63,302 nucleotides of DNA, filler included, from 6 parts of 6 records of this genome joined end to end with filler, not necessarily neighbours in it, one strand, 5' to 3'. Positions 9,547 to 20,592 are shown, counted from the first letter of the whole stretch. The notes: generated by a model from the sequence alone, not told the origin. Program-made: numbers and translations.

Positions 9547-9848
9547 TCCAGCCTCTATCCAGCAGTTCAAAACCATACGTCGTTTGAGCCAGGTAAAATA
9601 GGACAGCCAGGCAGAGAAAATCTAGGATCTTTGGGTGGATGTTGCGAGTGCAACGAAAATTTATTGGTTGTGTGTGCAGTTTACTTGGGTGGGCGCCGGA
9701 AATGGAAACGCCATAAAGCATTACAAATCAACAACTTACAAGGATTGCAATTTCGAATAAGTCAATTTTGGGCGCACCTCTGCGTGATCAAGGGTGCCTC
9801 CCCACCGCCGCCTCGTGTTACCTTATACCGGTTTCTATATACGCCTCC

Positions 9849-9948
9849 NNNNNNNNNNNNNNNNNNNNNNNNNNNNNNNNNNNNNNNNNNNNTTAATTAA
9901 TTAANNNNNNNNNNNNNNNNNNNNNNNNNNNNNNNNNNNNNNNNNNNN
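9849..9948. other. Artificial contig-join spacer (N run with TTAATTAATTAA)
   Basis: 100-nt N spacer with an all-frame stop linker. Confidence 0.99.
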
Positions 9949-9980
9949 CGGCCTTTGGCCTTGCGTCCTGCGGACGGCAG

Positions 9981-10021
9981 CGGGCCCAGCAATCGCGGCT
10001 TCGCCGCGATTGCTGGGCCCG
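9981..10021. repeat. 19-bp perfect inverted repeat (REP-like intergenic element)
   Basis: CGGGCCCAGCAATCGCGGC-ttc-GCCGCGATTGCTGGGCCCG. Confidence 0.7.
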
Positions 10022-10080
10022 ACGGGAGGAGATGACCCGCCCGGGGCATTGACGACGGGCGGGAGTGCTTTGGGTATTGG

Positions 10081-10839
10081 TTAGGGGCGTTTCAGCCCTA
10101 AGCTTTCCAAAAGGGTGCTTGCTTCGGCCTGCCAGCGCGTTTTGAGTTCTGCGTTGGTGGATTTGCGTAAGCCCATCTCTTTCAAAGTATCCGCTTTGGT
10201 GGAGGAGGTTGACCCAAAGCTAGCTGCAACGCGGGGCCACCAATAGTCGATAGAGGCTTGCAGCGCAGGGGCCTGATCTTCTCCGATCAATTTGACAGTC
10301 CCTTCGGCGGCCAATTCAGCGTGACGTGTTTCGATGGGCGTAATAGTGCGGAACGCTTCGGCAAGCGGTTGATACGAGATCATCGAGAACTCGGTCAGCT
10401 GAATGACCACGGCGCGGCTCATCAACAGGTTCATCGCAACGGAATCAACCCAGCCCTGAAGAGGATAGTTGAATACAGCCAAACGCATGTCGTGATCGCT
10501 GCGCGAGGTTCCGATATCTGCATCACGGTCCAGACGCGCGGTCCAGGGGTGGTTGTTGGCATAGCGATCGGCATCAGCACCAAAATCGCCCATGATCCGC
10601 AGCACCTTGTCAGCGTTATCGGTTTTCTCAAGCACGATCTTTGCCGCAGCGATCCGTTCTTTGATACCGGGGCCGGAATTGATCACGTCTGCAAACCCGG
10701 CGGCGCCCGCCAGTTCACTGTCCACAAACGTGGCCATCAGTTTCATGAGTTCAGCGCGATAACGCGGTGGAACGTTGGTCGGGTTGGTCAGAACGCCACC
10801 TGCAGCCAGGTAGTTTTCGATTGTCATTTCTTCTGCCAT
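10081..10839 (-). CDS. Ferritin-like PaaA/PaaC-family paralogue (phenylacetic acid catabolic protein)
   Basis: PPRYRAELMKLMATFVDSEL aligns with the PaaA N-terminal helix. SYQPL, ETRH and YWWPRV..FG are PaaA/C-like. Directly downstream of paaE. Confidence 0.8.
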   Translation of the reverse strand: MAEEMTIENYLAAGGVLTNPTNVPPRYRAELMKLMATFVDSELAGAAGFADVINSGPGIKERIAAAKIVLEKTDNADKVLRIMGDFGADADRYANNHPWTARLDRDADIGTSRSDHDMRLAVFNYPLQGWVDSVAMNLLMSRAVVIQLTEFSMISYQPLAEAFRTITPIETRHAELAAEGTVKLIGEDQAPALQASIDYWWPRVAASFGSTSSTKADTLKEMGLRKSTNAELKTRWQAEASTLLESLGLKRP

Positions 10840-10851
10840 GGTCCCTCTCCC

Positions 10852-11925
10852 TTACTGGTCAAAATCAACGGTGACGGAATCCGTCAGCGGGAAGGCCTGG
10901 CAGGACAGAACATAGCCCTTTTCGACTTCGTAGTCTTCCAGTGCATGGTTCGCGACCATTTCGACCTCGCCCTCGATCACCTTACAGCGACATGTTGAAC
11001 AAACTCCTGCTTTGCAGGCATAAGGAGCATCCATCGCATTTTCGAGTGCCGCATCCAGAATCGACAGGTCTTTGGGCATGGTGATGGTCTGGGTCGACCC
11101 ATCCATGGTGATTGCTGCTTTGGTCTGATTTGCACTGCTTGCTGCATCGCCTGAGACCACCTTGCGCTTAGCGCGGCCCGGTTGGGCGCTGGCAAACAGT
11201 TCAAACTTGATCTGGCTGTCATCCAGCCCGTGATCGCGCAGCGCGGCAGCAATGCCCAGCATCATGGGCTCTGGGCCACAGATGAACGCGGTATCGACAG
11301 ATTTGATGTCGATCCAATGCTTGAACAGTTCGGCACATTTTTCCTGCGTGACCAGACCTGTGAACAGGTCAATGTCCTGTGCGTCGGATTCAAGAATATG
11401 AATGATGTTCAGGCGACCCATGTAGAGGTTTTTGAGATCCTCCAGTTCTTCGCGGAACATGATCGAGTTCACGCCTCTGTTGGCATAAACCAACGTGAAA
11501 CGGGATTTGGGTTCACGTGCCAATGTGGTTTTCAGGATCGACAAGACTGGAGTAACACCCGATCCGCCGGCAAAGCCGAGGTACTGTTTGTCTGCATCCG
11601 CATCGAGTGCTGTAAAGAACCCACCCATGGGCGGCATTGCCTGAATGGTATCGCCAACCTTCAGATCTTGGTTGGCCCATGTCGAAAAGGCACCGCCATC
11701 GACGCGTTTGATGCCGACTTGCAATACACCGTCATCTTTACCGGCGCAGATGGAGTACGAACGGCGCAACTCTTCACCGTCAAATTCCTGACGAAAGGTC
11801 AAATACTGGCCTTGGGTGAAATCGAATTCTTCTGCAGCGCCGTTAACCGGTTGCAGGGTGACCACGACAGCGTCGCGGATAGTTTTATGAACGTCTGTGA
11901 CGGTCAGATCGTGAAAGCGCGCCAT
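10852..11925 (-). CDS. paaE: Phenylacetyl-CoA epoxidase reductase subunit
   Basis: GQYLT, RRSYSIC, AGGSGVTP, FICGP and the 2Fe-2S motif CKAGVCSTCRC...LSCQ. Confidence 0.95.
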   Translation of the reverse strand: MARFHDLTVTDVHKTIRDAVVVTLQPVNGAAEEFDFTQGQYLTFRQEFDGEELRRSYSICAGKDDGVLQVGIKRVDGGAFSTWANQDLKVGDTIQAMPPMGGFFTALDADADKQYLGFAGGSGVTPVLSILKTTLAREPKSRFTLVYANRGVNSIMFREELEDLKNLYMGRLNIIHILESDAQDIDLFTGLVTQEKCAELFKHWIDIKSVDTAFICGPEPMMLGIAAALRDHGLDDSQIKFELFASAQPGRAKRKVVSGDAASSANQTKAAITMDGSTQTITMPKDLSILDAALENAMDAPYACKAGVCSTCRCKVIEGEVEMVANHALEDYEVEKGYVLSCQAFPLTDSVTVDFDQ

Positions 11926-11949
11926 CGGGCGTCTCCTCTTATCTGGGGG

Positions 11950-12411
11950 TCAGATGCATTTGAAATAATCGAACGGTTCCAGGCAGTCGGTGCAGCGCCA
12001 ATGGGCCTTGCAGGGGGTCGAGCCGAACTGGCTGACCTTTTTCACATTTTTGCTGCTGCAATGTGGACACCGCTCGGGTCCGCCCGCTGGTTGGGGCGGC
12101 GCGATACCGTAATCTTCTAGCCGGGCCTTGCCACGTTCGGTCAGCCAATCGGTGGTCCACGCCGGGCTTAGCTGGCGTTTCAGTTCCACTTTTTGAATAC
12201 CGTGATCGCGCAAGGCGGTCTCGATATCCAGATTGATGATCGATGTGGCGGGGCAACCCGAATAGGTAGGCGTTACCGTGACCGTCAGCGTGTCCTCTTC
12301 CCACGCGACGTCCCGGATGATGCCCAGATCGACGAGCGAGATCACAGGGATCTCGGGGTCAGGAACGGCATCCAGCCATTCCCAAACCTGTTTGACGGTT
12401 GGCTGGTCCAT
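11950..12411 (-). CDS. paaD: Phenylacetyl-CoA epoxidase subunit PaaD
   Basis: VPDPEIPVISLVDLGIIR, TPTYSGCPA, CPHC, FGSTPCKA and CLEPFDYFKCI. Confidence 0.95.
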   Translation of the reverse strand: MDQPTVKQVWEWLDAVPDPEIPVISLVDLGIIRDVAWEEDTLTVTVTPTYSGCPATSIINLDIETALRDHGIQKVELKRQLSPAWTTDWLTERGKARLEDYGIAPPQPAGGPERCPHCSSKNVKKVSQFGSTPCKAHWRCTDCLEPFDYFKCI

Positions 12412-12416
12412 GATGC

Positions 12417-13178
12417 TTACCAGTTGCCGTCTGGATAGACGCGCTGCAGCCACTGCATCGAACATAGCAGGTGACCCAGATGTTCGGTGTGCATGGCGCC
12501 GTTTTTGCCACCTTTTTGGGCAAAGCGGTTGCCGGGCACGGTCAGCGTGGCTTCGTCTAGAACCTTTTGAACCAGGGCGTCATATTCGTCGCGCAGGGCA
12601 GTAGGATCGGGGGCGATGCCAGCAGAAACCATCGCGGCGTCTACATCATCGGCCAAGAACATCTCGCCTACGTAAGGATAGAGATAATCCAGCGCCTTTT
12701 GCATCCGGGCATGGCTCTCTTCGGTGCCATCCCCCAACGCGACAACTGTATCGGCCGAGCGTTCGAGATGATAGGTGACCTCTTTGCTGGCTTTCTCGGC
12801 AATCTCAGCCACGCGCGGATCGCTGCTTTTGATCAGGCGCGCGATATAAATCGAGTGCCAGGCATCAAACAGGAACTGACGCATGATGGTCTGGCCGAAA
12901 TCGCCAATTGGCATTTCACACAACAGCAGGTTGCGGAAATCCCACGCGTCGCGGTGGAATGCGAGACGGTCGGCGTCTTGGCCTTTGCCTTCGACTTCGC
13001 TTGCATAGCCCAGCCAGAATTGGGTCTGACCGATGAAATCCAGTGCCGTGTTGGCCAGCGCGATGTCTTCCTCCAAAACGGGGGCGACGCCGCACCATTC
13101 CGATGTCCGATGGCCGAGGATCAGGGTGTTGTCCCCCATCCGCAGCAGAAACTGAAACAGAGCTTCCTGCTGGGTCAT
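12417..13178 (-). CDS. paaC: Phenylacetyl-CoA epoxidase structural subunit PaaC
   Basis: GDNTLILGHR.SEWCG.AP.LEEDIALAN, KEVTYH and HTEHLGHLL. Confidence 0.95.
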   Translation of the reverse strand: MTQQEALFQFLLRMGDNTLILGHRTSEWCGVAPVLEEDIALANTALDFIGQTQFWLGYASEVEGKGQDADRLAFHRDAWDFRNLLLCEMPIGDFGQTIMRQFLFDAWHSIYIARLIKSSDPRVAEIAEKASKEVTYHLERSADTVVALGDGTEESHARMQKALDYLYPYVGEMFLADDVDAAMVSAGIAPDPTALRDEYDALVQKVLDEATLTVPGNRFAQKGGKNGAMHTEHLGHLLCSMQWLQRVYPDGNW

Positions 13179-13462
13179 TACATCGCTCCTACTTCGTCAG
13201 GGATGTCGAAGAAGGTTGGGTGACGATAGACTTTGCTTTCGGACGGTTCGTACAGCGGACCTTTGTCGCTGGGCGAGCTGGCGGCGATATTTACTGCTTC
13301 GACAACCCAGATCGACACGCCTTCGTTGCGGCGGGTATAGACGTCGCGGGCGTTTTTGATCGCCATTTCGGCGTCAGGGGCGTGCAGCGAGCCGACGTGT
13401 CGGTGGCTCATGCCATGCTGACCGCGGATAAAGACTTCCCATAGGGGCCATTCGTTGTTCAT
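13178..13462 (-). CDS. paaB: Phenylacetyl-CoA epoxidase subunit PaaB
   Basis: WPLWEVF, HVGSLHA, ARDVYTRRNEGVSIWVV and YRHPTF. Confidence 0.96.
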   Translation of the reverse strand: MNNEWPLWEVFIRGQHGMSHRHVGSLHAPDAEMAIKNARDVYTRRNEGVSIWVVEAVNIAASSPSDKGPLYEPSESKVYRHPTFFDIPDEVGAM

Positions 13463-13547
13463 AGCTCAGTTCTCCTCCTGGCTAGGCGCGGGTGTAGAAA
13501 CCGGTGGCTAAAACCGGGGGCCTCGCGCTGCGGATTTCGTTCGTTCT

Positions 13548-14540
13548 TTATTCGGCTGCCATCTTTGCAGCGGCTTTCTTGCGGGCGTGGGCCATCATGC
13601 CATCGCGAACCCAGGCACCTTCGTCCCAAGCTTTGTTGCGATCGGCCAGACGGTCGACGTTACAGGGGCCATTGCCTTTGACCACGTCAAAGAATTCACC
13701 CCAATCCGGCTGGCTGAAATCGTAGTGACCGGTTTCTTCGTTCCATTTCAGGTTCTCATCCGGAACCGTCAGGCCCAGATATTCGGCCTGTGGTACAGTC
13801 TGGTCGACGAATTTCTGACGCAGTTCGTCGTTGGTGTTGATCTTGATTTTCCACGCCATCGACTGGGCCGAGTGGACCGAGTCTGAATCCGGGGGGCCAA
13901 ACATCATCAGCGACGGATACCAGAACCGATTCAAAGCGTCCTGAGCCATCTTTTTCTGTGCATCAGTGCCTTCGGCACAGGCACGAATGGCATCGTATCC
14001 CTGACGCTGGTGAAAGCTTTCTTCTTTACAGATCCGCACCATGGCGCGGCTGTAGGGGCCATAAGATGTCCGCTGCAACGGCACCTGATTCATGATCGCA
14101 GCCCCATCAACCAACCAGCCGATTGCGCCGATATCGGCCCAGTTCAGCGAGGGGTAGTTGAAGATCGACGAATACTTCATACGGCCATCCAGCAGCATTT
14201 CGGTGATTTCATCGCGGGTGACGCCCAATGTTTCGGCGGCGCAGTACAGATACAATCCGTGACCTGCTTCGTCCTGGACCTTGGCCAACAGGATCGCCTT
14301 GCGCTCCAGTGTCGGTGCGCGGGTGACCCAGTTGCCTTCGGGCAGGGTCCCGACGATTTCGGAATGCGCGTGTTGGCCCATCTGGCGGATCAGGGTGGCG
14401 CGATAATCTTCGGGCATCCAATCCTTGGGCTCAATTTTTTCACCGGCGTCGATACGCGCCTGAAACTGGCGCTCGAGGTCGGACATATCCTCGTCGGACT
14501 TAACTCCGGTTGAGGCGGTCTTGATCATTTGTGCATACAT
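13548..14540 (-). CDS. paaA: Phenylacetyl-CoA epoxidase catalytic subunit PaaA
   Basis: [20 protein letters not shown] and EESFHQ di-iron ligands intact. Start MYAQM (14540) with RBS AGGAG. Confidence 0.96.
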   Translation of the reverse strand: MYAQMIKTASTGVKSDEDMSDLERQFQARIDAGEKIEPKDWMPEDYRATLIRQMGQHAHSEIVGTLPEGNWVTRAPTLERKAILLAKVQDEAGHGLYLYCAAETLGVTRDEITEMLLDGRMKYSSIFNYPSLNWADIGAIGWLVDGAAIMNQVPLQRTSYGPYSRAMVRICKEESFHQRQGYDAIRACAEGTDAQKKMAQDALNRFWYPSLMMFGPPDSDSVHSAQSMAWKIKINTNDELRQKFVDQTVPQAEYLGLTVPDENLKWNEETGHYDFSQPDWGEFFDVVKGNGPCNVDRLADRNKAWDEGAWVRDGMMAHARKKAAAKMAAE

Positions 14541-14557
14541 CTTGGCTCTCCTCAGGC

Positions 14558-15760
14558 TCAGACGCGTTCCAGGATCAGGGCGGCACCCTGACCAACTCCG
14601 ACGCACATGGTGCACAGCGCATAGCGCCCACCGGTGCGTTGTAATTGATAGGCGGCGGTCATCACGAGCCGCGCGCCGGACATGCCCAGCGGGTGACCAA
14701 TCGCAATGGCGCCCCCGTTGGGATTAACATGGGGGGCATCATCCGCCACGCCAAGGGCGCGAAGTGTCGCCAGACCTTGGGACGCAAAGGCTTCGTTCAA
14801 TTCTATCACATCCATCTGGTCGATGGTAAGTCCGGCGCGGGCCAGCACCTTTTGGCTGGCGGGAACCGGGCCAATACCCATGATGCGCGGTGCAACGCCT
14901 GCAACCGACATGCCCACCACACGGGCCATTGGCATCAGGTTGTTCTTGGCCGCAGCGGCCTCGTTTGCCAGCAGAATGGCGGCAGCCCCGTCATTCACGC
15001 CCGAGGCATTGCCCGCGGTGACAGTTTTGTCGGGGCCATTCACGCCTTTGAGTTTCGCCAGCTTATCCGCACCAGTGCCGGGGCGGGGATGCTCATCGGT
15101 GTCGACGATGATCGCGTCACCCTTGCGCTGTGGGATGGTGACGGGTGTGATTTCGTCTTTGAATACACCAGCCTCGTGGGCCGCGGCCCAACGGGCCTGC
15201 GAATTGGCAGCAAACGCATCCTGATCGGCGCGGTTGATGTTGTAATCTTCGGCCACGTTGTCAGCCGTTTGTGGCATGGAGTCGGTGCCATACATCTCGT
15301 GCATTTTCTTGTTCACAAAACGCCACCCGATGGTGGTGTCGTAAACGGCATTGGCACGAGTAAAGGCGCTTGTGGCTTTGGGCATCACAAAGGGTGCGCG
15401 GCTCATGCTTTCGACACCGCCTGCGATAACCATGTCATAATCACCAGCTTTAATGCCGCGTGACGCCATGCCGACGGCATCCATTCCGCTCGCACACAAA
15501 CGGTTTACAGTGGTGCCAGGAACCTCGATCGGGAGGCCCGCCAGCAGGGCGGCCATGCGTGCCACGTTGCGGTTGCTTTCACCGGCTTGGTTGGCGTCAC
15601 CGTAAATGACATCGTCAATTGCCGTCCAATCCACATCGGGGTTGCGCGCCTTGAGCGCAGCAATTGGCAATGCAGCCAGATCATCGGTTCGGATCGACGA
15701 TAATGCGCCGCCGTAGCGTCCGATTGGGGTCCGTTGTGCGTCGCAGATGAAAGCATCCAT
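14558..15760 (-). CDS. paaJ: 3-oxoadipyl-CoA / 3-oxo-5,6-dehydrosuberyl-CoA thiolase (PaaJ/PcaF family)
   Basis: [29 protein letters not shown] and CVGVGQG; first gene of the paa operon. Confidence 0.88.
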   Translation of the reverse strand: MDAFICDAQRTPIGRYGGALSSIRTDDLAALPIAALKARNPDVDWTAIDDVIYGDANQAGESNRNVARMAALLAGLPIEVPGTTVNRLCASGMDAVGMASRGIKAGDYDMVIAGGVESMSRAPFVMPKATSAFTRANAVYDTTIGWRFVNKKMHEMYGTDSMPQTADNVAEDYNINRADQDAFAANSQARWAAAHEAGVFKDEITPVTIPQRKGDAIIVDTDEHPRPGTGADKLAKLKGVNGPDKTVTAGNASGVNDGAAAILLANEAAAAKNNLMPMARVVGMSVAGVAPRIMGIGPVPASQKVLARAGLTIDQMDVIELNEAFASQGLATLRALGVADDAPHVNPNGGAIAIGHPLGMSGARLVMTAAYQLQRTGGRYALCTMCVGVGQGAALILERV

Positions 15761-15796
15761 GCTTCGTATTCTCCAAATCCCTGTGCCACCAAAAGG

Positions 15797-15815
15797 TGAC
15801 CGTATGGTCGGGTAA
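15797..15815. promoter_or_regulatory. Candidate PaaR (TetR)-type operator
   Basis: Minus strand TTACCCGACCATACGGTCA, an imperfect GACCG..CGGTC-like palindrome about 40 nt upstream of paaJ. Confidence 0.4.
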
Positions 15816-15972
15816 TACGTGTGATTGTGATTCGCGGCAAGAAAAATGTAACACAAATTTTGAACTTGGAATAAATCGGTAACGTATTGTCGAGTCTGAC
15901 AGCTAGCAGGGAATAACAGAAAACCCGCCTGACAAAGTCGACGGGTTCCCAAAATTAGAGCTTTTCCATGAG

Positions 15973-16365
15973 TTAGAGATGACCCGCGTCTTCCAGAACC
16001 TTACGGGCCACGCGGAAACATTCTAACGATTGTGGTACACCACAATAAATGCCAATGACGTGGATAATGGCACGGATCTCGTCTTTGGTGACGCCGTTGT
16101 TCAATGCGCCGCGGCAGTGGATCTCCCACTCATGCATCTTGCCGAGCGCACCAAGCATAGCCAAATTCATCATGGATCGGGTCTTTGGTTCGATCACATC
16201 ATCACCCCAACCAAACCCCCAACACCACGCGGTCATGGCCTCTTGAAAGGGGCGGGTGAATTCGTCAGCGGCGGCAAGGTTGTTTTCAACATATTCAGCA
16301 CCAAGCGTTGCTTTGCGCTGCTCCAGACCTTTGAGAAACAAATCTTCGTCGAATGTATCGGCCAT
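15973..16365 (-). CDS. Carboxymuconolactone decarboxylase family protein
   Basis: GLEQRKATLGAEYV, WCWGFGWG, RSMMNLAML and HCRGALNNGVTKDEI...YCGVP. Confidence 0.88.
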   Translation of the reverse strand: MADTFDEDLFLKGLEQRKATLGAEYVENNLAAADEFTRPFQEAMTAWCWGFGWGDDVIEPKTRSMMNLAMLGALGKMHEWEIHCRGALNNGVTKDEIRAIIHVIGIYCGVPQSLECFRVARKVLEDAGHL

Positions 16366-16525
16366 TTGGAATCCTTTGAATGGGGTCAGAGGCAGGGCTG
16401 CGACCCATGGGCGAGATGCCCTTAGTGCTGCGCTGCTTTGGCGGCTCCGTCAAGCGACGTTCGCCTATCAAAGGTCGTAAAATGGCAAAAGCGGCCAGTG
16501 CAGCCAAGTGCATTGGCCAAGCTGC

Positions 16526-16744
16526 TTACAGCGTGTCGGACATAACCCGACGGATAATGTCAGCACGCTCCACGCCGCGCGCGCTAAGGTCTGCATCGCT
16601 GAGTGCCGATAGGGCCTCGATCTTGCGGACTTTGGCGCTGGCTTCGTTCAGGTGAAGCAGGGCGCCGAAGATGCCAGAGAAGATATCGGCCACAACGCCA
16701 AAGACAGCTGGGATTGAAGTGGTGTTTGCTGTTGTATGTGCCAT
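16526..16744 (-). CDS. Small DUF1127-like protein
   Basis: C-terminal LSALSDADLSARGVERADI matches the L..LSD..L.DIG..R.DI pattern. Confidence 0.65.
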   Translation of the reverse strand: MAHTTANTTSIPAVFGVVADIFSGIFGALLHLNEASAKVRKIEALSALSDADLSARGVERADIIRRVMSDTL

Positions 16745-17192
16745 TGGATGGAATTTCCGCTACGGTTTTCGAATTGAAATGGACTTATGCTGCACGTGCA
16801 GCGTGAGCTAGTCCTTTTGCGGAATAGCCGCCGTGCGTTTTTTGCAAATCTAATCTTGAAATGTTTCTTTTCAGGGAGCAGGCGCAGAGTGCTGTATCTG
16901 GAAGGTGGGGCAATCTGTTTTGGAACCCTACGTCCGTTGGCGGGAAACTCTCTTGATCTTGCTGGGGCTCCGGCCCAACCTGCGTGGACTGCGGAATGTT
17001 GTTCCGCATCGTGAAACAAGAGGGGAGAGGTCTTGTTTGGCTCGGGAAACCATACTGCCATTTGACGTCAGGTTCCAAGAGCAAGGCAGGTGCCAAGCAC
17101 AACTCTGCAGTTAGACTTTGCCCCAAGAGGACGATGAGTCGCCAGTTTAATGAAGGGCGATCCATTGGGATGAACATAGGAGGAGCGGCCAA

Positions 17193-19286
17193 ATGTCAGA
17201 AGCCATTGGGTACGAACGCGTCGGCGATATCGCCATTCTTGCAGCGAACAATCCGCCGGTGAATGCCCTTGGGCATGATGTGCGCAACGGGTTGGTTGAC
17301 GGGATCGCCCGGGCCGAGGCTGATGGAGCCAAGGCAGTGCTGATTTATGGCGAGGGCAAAACCTATTTCGCGGGGGCGGATATTCGTGAGTTTGGCAAGC
17401 CACCAACCCAGCCGTTTTTGCCCGATGTCTGTACCCGTATCGAAGCCTCGCCGCTGATCGTGGTATCGGCTTTGCACGGCACGGCGTTGGGCGGTGGTTT
17501 GGAAATAGCGCTAGGCTCACATTATCGCATCGCGATTCCTTCGGCACGCGTTGGTCTGCCCGAGGTTCTGATCGGCGTGATGCCCGGTGCGGGTGGCACG
17601 CAGCGTTTGCCGCGCCTTGTCGGTGTGGACGCGGCCGTGGATGTGATCACCTCGGGGCGGCAGATCGGTGCCAAAGAGGCGCTGGCGCTGGGTATTCTGG
17701 ATCGCGTGGCAGAGGGAACGCCCCGGGATATCGGTTTGGCCTATACTCAGGAATTGCTGGACAGCGGCGCGCAACGACGCGCTGTCAGCGAAATGGCAGC
17801 CCCCGAGGCCGTCGACTTTGACGCGCTGTATGACATGGTCTTGCAGAAAGGGCGCGGTCAGATTGCCCCCGCGCTGGCGGTTCGAGGCGTACAAGCCTGT
17901 TGTGAGTTGCCGTTTGACGAAGGCATGAAGCGCGAGCGTGAACTGTTCATGGAGCTCATGGCCTCGGATCAACGTCAGGGCATGATCCATGCGTTTTTCT
18001 CAGAACGCGCTGTCGGCAAGTTGCCTGAGTTGAAGGGCGTTGCGCCACGGGATCTCAATGCCGTCGGTGTGATTGGTGGCGGCACTATGGGGGCTGGGAT
18101 TGCTACGGCTGCGTTGTTGTCGGGCCTGTCTGTTGTCATGCTGGAAATGACCCCCGAAGCCGCCGAAGCGGCACGTGGTCGGATCGAAAGCAATCTGGGT
18201 GGTGCGTTGAAACGCGGCAAGCTCAGCCAAGCGCTGTTTGAGGATCTGACCACCAAGGCGCTGACGCTGGCAACGGATTATGCCGCACTCGGCGATGTGG
18301 ATCTGGTGATCGAGGCCGTGTTCGAAGACATGGGCGTCAAGAAACAAGTGTTCACGCAATTGGATGCGGTGTGCAAGCAGGGTGCAATTCTGGCGTCGAA
18401 CACATCCTATCTGGATATCAACGAAATCGCGGCCTGTACCAAACGACCCGAAGACGTGATTGGATTGCACTTCTTTTCGCCGGCGCATGTGATGAAGCTG
18501 TTGGAGGTCGTGGTCGCAGACAAGACGGCCGCAGACGTGGTGGCTACGGGCTTTGCATTGGGCAATCGGTTGAAAAAGACCTCGGTACGTGCCGGCGTTT
18601 GTGACGGGTTCATCGGCAATCGCATTCTGTCGACCTATCGCACCTGTGCAGATCATATGATTTTGGACGGGGCCAGCCCGTATCAGATCGATAAAGCGCT
18701 GACCGATTTTGGATTTGCGATGGGGCCTTATGCTGTTGCTGATCTGGCGGGGCTGGATATTGGCTGGGCCGTGCGCAAACGCAAACGCGCCGAGGGCGTT
18801 GACCCACGTGCGCGCGATTTCACCTATGCGGACAAACTGTGTGAAGACGGGCATTTTGGTCAAAAGACCGGCACCGGCTATTACGTCTATCTGGCCGGCA
18901 AGCGGGCTGGTGTGCCAAATCCGGATGTGATGCCGTTGATCGAAGCAGACCGCGCCGCCCAAGGTCTGACCTCGCGGGACTTTGGGGACGAGGAAATCGT
19001 GCGCCGGTACATGGCCGCCATGGTGAATGAGGCCGCGAAAGTAGTGGGCGAGGGGATCGCACGTCGTCCGCTCGATGTGGATGTGACTTTGCTCTATGGC
19101 TACGGATTTCCGCGCTATCGCGGTGGGCCGCTCAAATGGGCCGACATGGTTGGTTTGCCGGGGCTGCTGGCTGACATGCAGGAGTGGGCCAAGGAAGATG
19201 GGTACTTCTGGCAACCTGCACCGCTTTTGGAAAAACTAGTGGCCGAGGGCCGCACATTTGATGATCTGAACAAGGAAACCGCATGA
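17193..19286 (+). CDS. Bifunctional enoyl-CoA hydratase / 3-hydroxyacyl-CoA dehydrogenase (PimF/FadB-like)
   Basis: [37 protein letters not shown] and GFIGNR. Confidence 0.93.
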   Translation: MSEAIGYERVGDIAILAANNPPVNALGHDVRNGLVDGIARAEADGAKAVLIYGEGKTYFAGADIREFGKPPTQPFLPDVCTRIEASPLIVVSALHGTALGGGLEIALGSHYRIAIPSARVGLPEVLIGVMPGAGGTQRLPRLVGVDAAVDVITSGRQIGAKEALALGILDRVAEGTPRDIGLAYTQELLDSGAQRRAVSEMAAPEAVDFDALYDMVLQKGRGQIAPALAVRGVQACCELPFDEGMKRERELFMELMASDQRQGMIHAFFSERAVGKLPELKGVAPRDLNAVGVIGGGTMGAGIATAALLSGLSVVMLEMTPEAAEAARGRIESNLGGALKRGKLSQALFEDLTTKALTLATDYAALGDVDLVIEAVFEDMGVKKQVFTQLDAVCKQGAILASNTSYLDINEIAACTKRPEDVIGLHFFSPAHVMKLLEVVVADKTAADVVATGFALGNRLKKTSVRAGVCDGFIGNRILSTYRTCADHMILDGASPYQIDKALTDFGFAMGPYAVADLAGLDIGWAVRKRKRAEGVDPRARDFTYADKLCEDGHFGQKTGTGYYVYLAGKRAGVPNPDVMPLIEADRAAQGLTSRDFGDEEIVRRYMAAMVNEAAKVVGEGIARRPLDVDVTLLYGYGFPRYRGGPLKWADMVGLPGLLADMQEWAKEDGYFWQPAPLLEKLVAEGRTFDDLNKETA

Positions 19287-20437
19287 TGAAACAAGCTGTT
19301 ATTGTATCTGCTGCCCGCACGGGTCTGGCGAAATCTTTCCGTGGGTCGTTCAACATGACCCATGGTGCGACCATGGGGGGGCATGCCGTGCAGGCGGCGG
19401 TTGAACGCGCGGGCATTGACCCGTCCGAGATCGAAGACTGCATTATGGGCTGTGGCACGCCCGAGGGCGAAACCGGTGGTAATATCGCACGTCAGATCGC
19501 GCTGCGGGCGGGGCTGCCAATCACCGCATCGGGTATGACCGTGAACCGGTTCTGTTCGTCGGGCCTGCAAACCGTGGCGCTGGCCGCAAATGCCATCACC
19601 TGCGAAGGCACCGGACCGATGGTGGCCGGTGGGGTCGAAAGCATTTCTATGGTGCAGCCCAAAGCCCGCCACGCCGCCGAAGCTTGGCTGAAAGAGCACA
19701 AACCGGCCGTTTACATGACCATGATCGAAACCGCAGATATCGTCGCGGAGCGTTATGGCATCAGCCGCGAAGACCAAGATGCCTATGGTCTGCGTTCGCA
19801 ACAGCGGATCGCAGCGGCGCAGGCGGCGGGTAAGTTTGATGATGAAATCGTGCCAATGAAGGCGATGATGGCGGTAAAGGACAAGGAAACTGGCGAGATC
19901 TCGATGAAAGAGTCGCTGGTGGATCGCGATGAATGCAACCGTCCGACGACAACGTTGGAAGGTCTGTCCGGTTTAGCGCCTGTTCGGGGCGAGGGTAACT
20001 TTATCACTGCAGGCAACGCCAGCCAGCTGAGCGATGGCGCAGCAGCTGTTGTCATGATGGACAGCGTCGAAGCTGAAAAGCGAAACATCGAACCGATGGG
20101 CGCGTTCAAAGGCTTTGCAGTGGCGGGATGTGAGCCTGATGAGATGGGCATTGGTCCGGTCTTTGCTGTGCCGCGTTTGTTAGAGCGTCACGGGCTGACC
20201 GTGGATGACATCGACCTGTGGGAGCTGAACGAGGCCTTTGCATCGCAAGCTCTGTACAGCCGCAATCGGTTGGGGATTGATGACGAAAAGTGCAACGTGA
20301 ATGGCGGTTCGATCGCGATTGGTCACCCGTTTGGCATGACCGGGGCCCGGATGGTTGGTCACATCATGCGCGAAGGCAAACGCCGGGGTGCGAAACTGGG
20401 CGTTGTCACCATGTGTATCGGTGGCGGCATGGGCGCT
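19283..20437 (+). CDS. Acetyl-CoA C-acyltransferase (thiolase, PimB-like), 3' end cut by the contig end
   Basis: [20 protein letters not shown] and CIGGGMG. Confidence 0.92.
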
Positions 20438-20537
20438 NNNNNNNNNNNNNNNNNNNNNNNNNNNNNNNNNNNNNNNNNNNNTTAATTAATTAANNNNNNN
20501 NNNNNNNNNNNNNNNNNNNNNNNNNNNNNNNNNNNNN
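20438..20537. other. Artificial contig-join spacer
   Basis: N run with TTAATTAATTAA. Confidence 0.99.
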
Positions 20538-20549
20538 CCAGCACGGCCC

Positions 20550-20592
20550 ACCATACAAAAAGCTCACTCGCAGGGTGGGCTTTTGGTATGGT
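20550..20592. terminator. Probable bidirectional intrinsic terminator downstream of the SDR gene
   Basis: ACCATACAAAAAGCTCAC-loop-GTGGGCTTTTGGTATGGT imperfect stem containing A/T tracts. Confidence 0.55.

Noticed and set aside
9716-9745. AAATCAACAACTTACA motif reminiscent of recombinase/mobile-element-associated sites
   Set aside because: Single short copy with no integrase or transposase nearby; cannot be supported.
9849-9948. TTAATTAATTAA motif recurring five times within N runs
   Set aside because: Artificial concatenation linker. Cross-contig gene neighbourhoods and ORFs containing X are artefacts.
18000-19214. Long antisense ORFs (404 aa here; also 29873-30901, 43254-44567, 46536-47801, 48712-49701, 56186-57181)
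   Set aside because: Shadow frames of well-supported genes in GC-rich DNA, with no recognisable motifs.
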